A DNA stretch of 32,000 bases from assembly GCF_001420715.1 (NCBI RefSeq), contig NZ_LJJC01000006.1, forward strand, positions 522,770 to 554,769. The letters run 5' to 3'. Every line of letters starts with the position of its first letter. Position 1 is the stretch's first letter. The position numbers and the translations under genes are program-made. The notes beneath the pieces are model-generated. The model searched no databases and was not told the DNA's origin. It worked only from the letters and a program-made list of their open reading frames with translations. Positions 20,786-30,007 of this stretch are shown here, one piece after another. This stretch comes from Heyndrickxia shackletonii (GTDB lineage: Bacteria; Bacillota; Bacilli; Bacillales; Bacillaceae_C).

Positions 20786-21190
20786 ATGAAATTTTATATA
20801 GCTTCAAGTTTTCAAAATGTAGAGACGGTAAATGCCCTTTCTAGTAAACTTGTCGAAAATGGTTTCCAGCAAACTTATGATTGGACCCAAAATGAAAAAT
20901 CTGTAGGAATAGAAGAACTTAAGGAAATTGCGATAAAAGAGAAAGAAGCTGTTATGGAATGTGAACTCTTTATTCTCCTTTTGCCGGGCGGGAAGGGAAG
21001 TCATACAGAGTTGGGAATTGCCTTGGGCTCTGGTGTAAAGAGTATCTACATATTTGCTCCGCATTCTGAAAATAAAAAGGACAGTTTAGCAACGACGTTT
21101 TATCATTTACCGGAAGTGCAGATATTTTGCGGGTCGATGGGGGAGTTTGTGGATAAGATTTTAAAGATTTTGGATAATAAAAAAAGATAA
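20786..21190 (+). CDS. Nucleoside 2-deoxyribosyltransferase-fold protein (NDT/DNPH1-like), function unknown
   Basis: 134 aa. It begins MKFYIASSF (beta1 of the flavodoxin-like NDT fold), and CELFILLLPGGKGSHTELGIALGSGVKSIYIF matches the D/E-x-vv-ll...G-(S/T)-x-x-E-x-G-x-A motif that carries the catalytic Glu. Confidence 0.6.
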   Translation: MKFYIASSFQNVETVNALSSKLVENGFQQTYDWTQNEKSVGIEELKEIAIKEKEAVMECELFILLLPGGKGSHTELGIALGSGVKSIYIFAPHSENKKDSLATTFYHLPEVQIFCGSMGEFVDKILKILDNKKR

Positions 21191-21212
21191 CCATGAAGTT
21201 ATCTTTTTTTAT
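21178..21212. terminator. Bidirectional intrinsic terminator between the plus-strand operon and the minus-strand peptide gene
   Basis: Stem agataac (21185-21191) / gttatct (21198-21204), extended by an A6 run on the left and a T7 run on the right. Either strand reads a stem followed by a U-tract. Confidence 0.75.
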
Positions 21213-21215
21213 TAA

Positions 21216-21398
21216 TCATAGTTCAACTGAAAAAGCGGAGGCACTATAAGTAGAGAAAAGACGTGGTTCTTTTTCACCGATTGCTACATTTTTAGTATCT
21301 GAACTCTTATCATTATTATTTTGCAAAGTTTGAGATGTAACGAATGCTCCACTCATAAGTAATGCACCTATCCCTAATGATAATATAATTTTTTTCAT
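21216..21398 (-). CDS. Secreted 60-aa pro-peptide, candidate signalling-peptide precursor for the adjacent RNPP regulator
   Basis: A strong RBS AGGAGGG sits 6 nt before the ATG and begins only 11 nt after the regulator stop. Sec-type signal peptide is MKKIILSLGIGALLMSGAFV. The remainder is hydrophilic (QNNNDKSSDTKNVAIGEKEPRLFSTYSASAFSVEL). Confidence 0.65.
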   Translation of the reverse strand: MKKIILSLGIGALLMSGAFVTSQTLQNNNDKSSDTKNVAIGEKEPRLFSTYSASAFSVEL

Positions 21399-21409
21399 GA
21401 TTTACCCTC

Positions 21410-22675
21410 CTAAATATGCGTGATTTGTTTATATGAGAAGTTGACAAGCTTATAATATTTGGTAGCATTTTTATATTTATGTAAATTTTCAAAATGGCTT
21501 GCTAAAAACTCTGCATATACTGTCAACTTTGCATAATCCTTTTGTTCCTCTAAATAGGGAATAAATTCTTCGACCATCATTTTCTCAAATTTTTCGTGTT
21601 GTTCTTCAATCATATATAAAAATGCTCTTATTTCGTGATAAAACATTACATGTTTATCTTTACCATCTAAATCAATCCATTTGAGACCTTCAGAAATTCT
21701 TTGTTTAGCTTCTTTAAAATAACCATTTTGGTAATATTCTTTAACTATAGTAGTTAGGGCCGAAAGACGGTCTTCTAATAATGATTCGTCTTCATTGATA
21801 ATCATATCTAAATGATCAATTGCTAAATTAGTATCACCTTGTACGGAATACAAATAGCCAAGATTTAAGTGTGTTAATTGAATAATATCTTTATTATTTG
21901 TATGCTCAGCTAATTGTTTAGCTAATTGGTAATTTTTTATTGCCTTTTCATGATTGTGAATGCGTCTATAGGAAATACCCAGTATCAAATGGCATTCTGC
22001 ACAACGTGAAAAATGATAAATCTGTCTATATAAGTCCAAAGCTTTATATGCGGCTCTTAATGCTAACGATGTAATCCTTAACTTACTATATGTTAGTGCT
22101 AATGAGTATTCCAAATCAGCATTTTCTTCTTCGGAAACATCAAGATGTGCTATAAAATCTTCAGATAAAGTATAAAATTTAAGAGCCTCATTATAATCTT
22201 CTTTTAAATAATAGTAGTTCCCATTAAATTTATTCCAAAAATACTTTTGCTCAGTTGTAAAAGTATTGCTGAAATCTTTTAAATGATTAATTTGTTCAAA
22301 TGCAGGATCTAGTTTTCCTAGTTTTAAATAGTATCTTATCAAATGAATTTTTAATAGAATTTGCAATTCAACATCTTCTATAGTATTAGTTAATTCATTT
22401 ATAATGTTATACTTCTCTTTTAACTTCTCAACATCAGTACATGACAATAGCAATCGAAACCATTCGTGACATAGTGCTTTTGTTTCGTCATCGATTTGTC
22501 TGTTAATTTCTATGCCCAGCCTTAGGCAAAGGAGTTTGATGACTTCGTCGTTTGGTTCGATTTTACCGTTTTCAATTTTTGATAGGTATGAAATTGATAT
22601 GATTCCTTCGGCTAGCTCTTCTTGCGTCAAGTTTTGTTTGATTCGATTCAATTTAATAATTGCACCAATGTTCAT
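21410..22675 (-). CDS. RNPP-family transcriptional regulator (N-terminal XRE HTH plus TPR-like repeats; NprR/PlcR-like)
   Basis: 421 aa. The HTH is IIKLNRIKQNLTQEELAEGIISISYLSKIENGK. The remaining ~350 aa are helical repeats with TPR-like spacing (EALKFYTLSE, ALRAAYKALDLY, KAIKNYQLAKQLAE, NLGYLYSVQGDTNLAIDHL, EAKQRISEGL, ATKYYKL). RBS is AGGTGG, and a TATAAT (plus 22696-22701) lies upstream. The gene is clearly more AT-rich than its neighbours. Confidence 0.8.
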   Translation of the reverse strand: MNIGAIIKLNRIKQNLTQEELAEGIISISYLSKIENGKIEPNDEVIKLLCLRLGIEINRQIDDETKALCHEWFRLLLSCTDVEKLKEKYNIINELTNTIEDVELQILLKIHLIRYYLKLGKLDPAFEQINHLKDFSNTFTTEQKYFWNKFNGNYYYLKEDYNEALKFYTLSEDFIAHLDVSEEENADLEYSLALTYSKLRITSLALRAAYKALDLYRQIYHFSRCAECHLILGISYRRIHNHEKAIKNYQLAKQLAEHTNNKDIIQLTHLNLGYLYSVQGDTNLAIDHLDMIINEDESLLEDRLSALTTIVKEYYQNGYFKEAKQRISEGLKWIDLDGKDKHVMFYHEIRAFLYMIEEQHEKFEKMMVEEFIPYLEEQKDYAKLTVYAEFLASHFENLHKYKNATKYYKLVNFSYKQITHI

Positions 22676-22773
22676 ATATTAACCACCTAGAATATATTAT
22701 AGCTTAAATATTATTTAAAGTGGTAATAATAAGAAAATTCCCGAGAGAAATTATTTATTTTTCATTTAAATGC

Positions 22774-22803
22774 TATGCAGGGAATGATATTATTCCCTGC
22801 ATA
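22774..22803. promoter_or_regulatory. Perfect 12-bp inverted repeat with a 6-bp spacer, upstream of the RNPP regulator
   Basis: tatgcagggaat gatatt attccctgcata. No U-tract follows on either strand, so it is not a canonical terminator. It lies ~100 bp upstream of the regulator ATG and ~50 bp downstream of the mini-ORF stop. Confidence 0.5.
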
Positions 22804-22852
22804 TGAGAAGATTGTTTCTATTAATGATAAGTAATTTAGTCTGTGTCAAAGG

Positions 22853-22978
22853 TCATACTGATACTTTCACTTTTTGAAGATTTGAATCTTTTTTATCATT
22901 CAGCAGAATATCAATTTTGTAAATTAAGGAATCAATGTCTCTTTTTGTAATCTTCGTTGGGGTCTTTTTCTTACGCAT
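22853..22978 (-). CDS. 41-aa basic mini-protein (below the ORF-track cutoff), hypothetical
   Basis: On the minus strand, AAGGAGGAG, 6 nt (ttataa), then ATG gives MRKKKTPTKITKRDIDSLIYKIDILLNDKKDSNLQKVKVSV and stop TGA (plus 22853-22855). It has the same orientation as the regulator and lies immediately upstream of it. Confidence 0.45.
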   Translation of the reverse strand: MRKKKTPTKITKRDIDSLIYKIDILLNDKKDSNLQKVKVSV

Positions 22979-23282
22979 TATAACTCCTCCTTACAAATTT
23001 TTTTGCTGGGTATAACTTCTTATTGTTATCATAACACACTTTATAGGACAATTAACTTGGGAAAATAACATGAAATATAGAGCAAAAAATACTCATTTTC
23101 TTTCAAGTTTTCCTAAATGAAACACAAAAATCAAGAAAATAGATGACATTTTTCCTATGATTTAATGAAAGTGTAAAAAAATTAATGCAACTGTAACTTC
23201 GGTCGTATATATTTTTGCATTTTTCAATAAATGGCGTAGCCCAAATGTCTTGCGGAAAATCTTTTTTGTAGCATATAACAAA

Positions 23283-23291
23283 TGCTATAAT
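23283..23291 (+). promoter_or_regulatory. Candidate extended -10 promoter of pcrB-pcrA-ligA-yerH
   Basis: TGcTATAAT lies ~35 nt upstream of the pcrB ATG. The -35 is weak. Confidence 0.4.
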
Positions 23292-23325
23292 GTTGTATGG
23301 AATATAGGAATGGAGGATACGCTCG

Positions 23326-24015
23326 ATGTACGACGTTCGCGAATGGCGACACGCCTTTAAGTTGGATCCTAATAAGGAAATTTCCGATAAAGATTTAGAA
23401 AAAATATGTGAATCCGGTACAAATGCCGTTATTATTGGAGGAACAGATGGTGTAACATTGGAAAATGTTCTACATTTAATGGCGCGAGTGCGGAGATACA
23501 CAGTTCCATGTGTGTTGGAAATTTCTAACTTTGAATCTATTACACCTGGTTTTGACCTATATTTTATCCCATCCGTCCTAAATAGTGAAAATGTGAAATG
23601 GGTAACTGGTTTGCATCACGAAGCAGTGAAGGAATACGGAGAGTTAATGAACTGGGACGAGATATTGGTAGAAGGCTATTGTATTTTAAACAGTGACTGT
23701 AAAGCTGCAAAGCTCACGCAATCGAATACAAATTTAAGTGTAGAAGACGTAGAAGGATATGCTATGATGGCAGAAAATTTATTTAAGATGCCTATCTTCT
23801 ATTTAGAATATAGCGGTTCTTACGGAGATGTAGAGGTAGTAAAAGCCGCAAAAGGCCACTTAACAAATACTAAATTGTTTTATGGCGGCGGTATTGTGTC
23901 CGAGGAGCAAGCTAAAGAAATGAGCAAGTATGCAGATGTCATTGTAGTTGGTAATATTATTTATGAGGATTTAAATCAAGCTTTAAGAACAGTGCAAGTA
24001 GTAAATGAAATATAG
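23326..24015 (+). CDS. pcrB: Heptaprenylglyceryl phosphate synthase
   Basis: [17 protein letters not shown]...[11 protein letters not shown]...PCVLE.S...[14 protein letters not shown]...[12 protein letters not shown]...LFYGGGI...ADVIVVGN closely parallels B. subtilis PcrB. It is followed by pcrA. Confidence 0.93.
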   Translation: MYDVREWRHAFKLDPNKEISDKDLEKICESGTNAVIIGGTDGVTLENVLHLMARVRRYTVPCVLEISNFESITPGFDLYFIPSVLNSENVKWVTGLHHEAVKEYGELMNWDEILVEGYCILNSDCKAAKLTQSNTNLSVEDVEGYAMMAENLFKMPIFYLEYSGSYGDVEVVKAAKGHLTNTKLFYGGGIVSEEQAKEMSKYADVIVVGNIIYEDLNQALRTVQVVNEI

Positions 24016-24072
24016 ACTTTATTGGTTTAAAAAATATATAATAAGAACAAATGTTCTGGTGGTGAATAAGCA

Positions 24073-26286
24073 ATGCAATTTCTAAAAGATCGCCTGCTTT
24101 CTGGATTAAATCCTGAGCAACAAGAAGCGGTGAAAACAACGGACGGCCCCCTTTTAATTATGGCAGGTGCGGGAAGTGGTAAAACACGTGTGTTAACTCA
24201 TCGTGTCGCTTATTTAATGGTGGAAAAGGGAGTCAATCCTTATAATATCTTGGCTATTACCTTCACCAATAAGGCTGCACGTGAGATGAAGGAACGGATT
24301 GAAAAAATTATGGGTGGTGCAGCAGAAGAAGTTTGGATATCCACTTTTCACTCTATGTGTGTAAGAATTCTGAGACGAGATATTGATCGGATTGGGATAA
24401 ATCGCAATTTTACCATTTTAGATCCTACCGATCAGCAATCAGTTATTAAGGGGATTTTGAAGGATAAAAATATTGATCCGAAAAAATTCGAGCCTCGGGC
24501 TATTCTTGGTACCATAAGCAGTGCAAAAAATGAATTAGTAACTCCTGAGGAGTATTCGAAGCTTGTTGGGGGTTTTTACGAACAAGTTGTGAGTGACGTT
24601 TACGAAGAGTATCAAAGACGTCTCCGCAAAAATCAAGCGCTTGACTTTGATGATCTCATTATGATGACGATTCATCTATTTCAGCGTGTGCCGGAAACAT
24701 TGGAATTTTATCAGAGAAAATTTCAATACATTCATGTAGATGAGTATCAAGATACAAATAGGGCTCAATATATGCTTGTTAAAATGCTCGCATCCCGATT
24801 CCAAAACATTTGTGTCGTTGGGGATTCAGACCAATCCATCTATCGCTGGCGCGGTGCAGACATCGCGAATATCCTCTCTTTTGAGAAAGATTATCCTCGT
24901 GCAAAGGTTATCATGCTTGAGCAAAATTACCGTTCTACCAAGAGAATTCTTCATGCAGCAAATGAAGTAATTAAAAATAATGCAAACAGAAAACCGAAAA
25001 AATTATGGACGGAAAACGCCGAAGGGCAAAAAATCAGCTATTACCGAGCAGACAGTGAACAATCCGAAGCACAATTTGTGGCGGGGAAAATTAAAGAAAT
25101 GGTGGATTCAGGAGATCGTAAATTCTCCGACATCGCGATTCTTTACCGTACAAACGCCCAATCACGTGTAATGGAAGAGGTTTTACTGAAATCTAATATT
25201 GATTATCACATTGTTGGCGGAATTAAATTCTATGATCGTAAAGAGATTAAGGATATTCTTGCTTACTTGCGTCTAGTGGCTAACCCAGATGATGATATTA
25301 GCTTACAGCGGGTCATCAATGTACCAAAGCGCGGAATTGGTTCTACCTCACTAGATAAAATTGCTCGTTATGCTGCAGATAATGATATTTCTATTTATGC
25401 AGCATTGAAGGAAATTGATTTTATAGGCGTAAGCCCGAAAATTGCCAAAGCTGCATATGAGTTCTATGAATTAATCAGAAACTATACTCAAATGCAGGAA
25501 TATTTATCGGTTACGGAACTTGTAGACGAAATTTTAGATAAATCTGGCTACCGCGAAATGCTAAAAGCGGAAAAATCATTAGAAGCACAAAGCAGACTTG
25601 AAAATATCGATGAATTTTTATCCGTTACCAAAAGCTTTGAGGAAGGCAGTGAGGATAAAAGCTTAGTTGCTTTTTTAACAGATCTTGCATTAGTGGCAGA
25701 TATTGATCGGTTAGATGAAAAAGAAGAAAACAACAATGATGCGATTGTTTTAATGACATTACATTCAGCAAAGGGATTGGAATTCCCAGTTGTCTTTTTA
25801 ATTGGACTCGAGGAAGGGGTTTTTCCGCATAGCCGTTCTTTAATGGAAGAGGCTGAGATGGAAGAGGAAAGACGCCTTGCTTATGTAGGAATTACCCGTG
25901 CAGAACAAGAATTATTTTTAACCAATGCCGCTATGCGAACATTGTTTGGCCGGACAAATATGAACCCTGTTTCCCGATTTATTAACGAAATTCCGGAAGA
26001 TCTTCTTGAAGGCTTGAATAAAGAAGTAAAACCACAAACTAGCCCATTCGGCTCCGGGCAAAAAAGACCTGTCAGTCGTCCGGTGTCACGACCAATTCCA
26101 ACAAGTACTGGTGCAAATGATTTGGAATGGAAGGTTGGCGATAAGGCTGAGCATAAGAAATGGGGAATTGGAACGGTTGTCAGTGTGAAAGGCAAAGATA
26201 AATCGATAGAGCTTGATATTGCTTTTCCGAGTCCTGTCGGTATCAAACGATTACTCGCAGAATTTGCGCCAATTCAAAAAGTATAA
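24073..26286 (+). CDS. pcrA: ATP-dependent DNA helicase PcrA (UvrD/Rep superfamily 1)
   Basis: LNPEQQEAV, Walker [33 protein letters not shown] and [15 protein letters not shown]. 737 aa. Confidence 0.95.
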   Translation: MQFLKDRLLSGLNPEQQEAVKTTDGPLLIMAGAGSGKTRVLTHRVAYLMVEKGVNPYNILAITFTNKAAREMKERIEKIMGGAAEEVWISTFHSMCVRILRRDIDRIGINRNFTILDPTDQQSVIKGILKDKNIDPKKFEPRAILGTISSAKNELVTPEEYSKLVGGFYEQVVSDVYEEYQRRLRKNQALDFDDLIMMTIHLFQRVPETLEFYQRKFQYIHVDEYQDTNRAQYMLVKMLASRFQNICVVGDSDQSIYRWRGADIANILSFEKDYPRAKVIMLEQNYRSTKRILHAANEVIKNNANRKPKKLWTENAEGQKISYYRADSEQSEAQFVAGKIKEMVDSGDRKFSDIAILYRTNAQSRVMEEVLLKSNIDYHIVGGIKFYDRKEIKDILAYLRLVANPDDDISLQRVINVPKRGIGSTSLDKIARYAADNDISIYAALKEIDFIGVSPKIAKAAYEFYELIRNYTQMQEYLSVTELVDEILDKSGYREMLKAEKSLEAQSRLENIDEFLSVTKSFEEGSEDKSLVAFLTDLALVADIDRLDEKEENNNDAIVLMTLHSAKGLEFPVVFLIGLEEGVFPHSRSLMEEAEMEEERRLAYVGITRAEQELFLTNAAMRTLFGRTNMNPVSRFINEIPEDLLEGLNKEVKPQTSPFGSGQKRPVSRPVSRPIPTSTGANDLEWKVGDKAEHKKWGIGTVVSVKGKDKSIELDIAFPSPVGIKRLLAEFAPIQKV

Positions 26287-26300
26287 TATTGGAATGATGA

Positions 26301-28322
<2,022 letters not shown>

Positions 28323-28555
28323 GTTGAAACATTTCTTATGCTAAAGTAGTCTTAATAAGAGGATAAGAAAGTATAAAATTTTTAATCATATAAGATATTT
28401 AACAAGTTAAGTCTATGTCTAGCTCTAGGTGAAATTTGCACTTCCATTTCAATAGCGCCTATGGCTAGCGGATTTCTAAATAGTTTTATACTACTTTGCA
28501 AAATAGAAAATAAGTGTGAACGGGCACTTATTTATGAAATAAAGGTGGCATTTTC

Positions 28556-29704
28556 ATGAAAAAGTGGTTACCGGTGCTCCTAACTGTCATTTTAACGGCG
28601 GGTTGTGCGCCCCATTTTAGTAAGCAGGATCAAATTGTACAAAAGAAAAACGATAAAAAGGAAACAGCGATAGTTCCAAATTATCAAATTTCCAATCAAT
28701 ATTACCGAACTATTCTTCCATTTAAGCCAAGTAAATCAAGAGGACTAACGGTAAGCAATTTAAATACTCGCTATGATATAGATGAGTTTGAAACAGGTCT
28801 AATGCGTGTGGCTCAGAAACAATATTCACCAAATGATTATTTGTTTCAGGAAGGCCAATATTTAGATAAGAATACAGTTGTTTCTTGGCTTAATCGGAAA
28901 TATACAGCTAGTCAATTAAAAGCGCAAAAATTAAAGCCGGCCGATAATCTTGGATTAAATCCAGTTGCAAGCGGCAAGGATGCTGCAAGTACACCAATTT
29001 ACTTAGCACATATTTTAGAACAGGATTATTTAATTAAGAGTAATAAAAATACAGTTAAGCTTGGTGGAGTAGTAATTGGACTTGCCTTGAATTCTGTCTA
29101 CTATTATCAAAAACAGCAATATGGTGCTACTTATGATAAAACGATTAGCCATGCGCAAGTAGCGAGTCATGGAAAAAGTATTGCTCAGGAAGTAATTAAA
29201 AGGCTTCGCAATATTAGTGGATTGAAAAATGTACCAATTACAATTGCTCTATATGAGCAAAAGGGAACAGATTCTGTCGTTCCTGGGAACTTTTTTGCCT
29301 ATACAACGGTATCTAATGGAAGCACATCTATCGATAATTGGAAAACGGTAAATGAAAAGTATTACTTGTTTCCATCAGATCAAGCGACGAAGGATTATCG
29401 TGATGACTCTCAATCATTTAGTAATTTTAAAGACGATGTGGAAAAATACTTTCCAAATTATAATGGTGTAGTTGGCCGTGGACTGTATGAAGATGGGCAA
29501 TTAACGAAATTAAACATCGAAATCCCGATGCAGTTTTACGGACAATCTGAAGTAGTTGGCTTTACCCAGTATGTTGCTGGAATAGTAAGTGACTTTCCAG
29601 ATCATATATCTTTAGAGATTAGTGTAACTTCCGTAAATGGTCCAAAAGCACTTATTGTCCGAGAACCGGGTGAGAAAGAACCATTTGTTCATATTTACGA
29701 TTAG
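28556..29704 (+). CDS. yerH: CamS-family lipoprotein (YerH-like)
   Basis: Lipobox MKKWLPVLLTVILTAGC. 382 aa. The position after ligA matches B. subtilis yerH, and the composition is that of a CamS-like secreted protein. Confidence 0.75.
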   Translation: MKKWLPVLLTVILTAGCAPHFSKQDQIVQKKNDKKETAIVPNYQISNQYYRTILPFKPSKSRGLTVSNLNTRYDIDEFETGLMRVAQKQYSPNDYLFQEGQYLDKNTVVSWLNRKYTASQLKAQKLKPADNLGLNPVASGKDAASTPIYLAHILEQDYLIKSNKNTVKLGGVVIGLALNSVYYYQKQQYGATYDKTISHAQVASHGKSIAQEVIKRLRNISGLKNVPITIALYEQKGTDSVVPGNFFAYTTVSNGSTSIDNWKTVNEKYYLFPSDQATKDYRDDSQSFSNFKDDVEKYFPNYNGVVGRGLYEDGQLTKLNIEIPMQFYGQSEVVGFTQYVAGIVSDFPDHISLEISVTSVNGPKALIVREPGEKEPFVHIYD

Positions 29705-29708
29705 TAAG

Positions 29709-29747
29709 AAAGCTGCTGACAATAAATTGTCGGCAGCTTTTATTATT
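29709..29747 (+). terminator. Intrinsic terminator after yerH
   Basis: 14-bp stem aaagctgctgacaa (29709-29722) / ttgtcggcagcttt (29727-29740), loop taaa, then tattatt. Confidence 0.8.
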
Positions 29748-30007
29748 GTCTAGGGAAAACATTGTGTGTTGAAAGGGAATCAAGAGGGATTTGTGCCTAA
29801 ATCAGGGGGGATTTACTGTGATGGAATGTTAAATTAAGCGAGCAGTTTCGCTTATCAATTGTAAAGGAACTTGGCCGTTTAGTAATCTCGATAAATGTCG
29901 AAAGAACACGAGCGAAAATATAGAAATAAAGGTTCCTTTTTTGATTTTCTGTTATATAATACATTTAAGTTTAATAGTCTGTATTATAACATGTAAGAGG
30001 TGATGAA

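Noticed and set aside
22774-22803. Reading the palindrome as a canonical PlcR box or as an intrinsic terminator
   Set aside because: The PlcR box is TATGNAN4TNCATA (16 bp), whereas here the TATGCA/TGCATA hexamers are 18 bp apart. No U-tract follows on either strand, so it is not a classical terminator. I retained it only as a generic candidate operator.
18600-23000. Classifying the AT-rich islet as a mobile element or prophage remnant
   Set aside because: There is no integrase, transposase, recombinase or phage structural gene, no flanking tRNA, and I could not find flanking direct repeats. An arbitrium-like (phage) interpretation of the RNPP pair is therefore unsupported.
23103-23501. 132-aa minus-strand ORF overlapping the pcrB start
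   Set aside because: It lies antisense to the strongly supported pcrB and its promoter and has no RBS.
24740-26246. Alternative-frame and antisense ORFs inside pcrA (24740..24970, 24980..25171, 25548..25736, 25881..26246), and similar ones in ligA, aceB, yerA, the ABC genes, the GNAT and the NDT-fold gene
   Set aside because: All are embedded in genes with unambiguous family motifs. They are by-products of codon bias.
28508-28533. AT-rich hairpin aaataagtg-N8-cacttattt between ligA and yerH as a terminator
   Set aside because: The stem is weak and almost all A/T, and it lies 20 nt from the yerH RBS. pcrB-pcrA-ligA-yerH are expected to be co-transcribed, so this is not convincing as a terminator.
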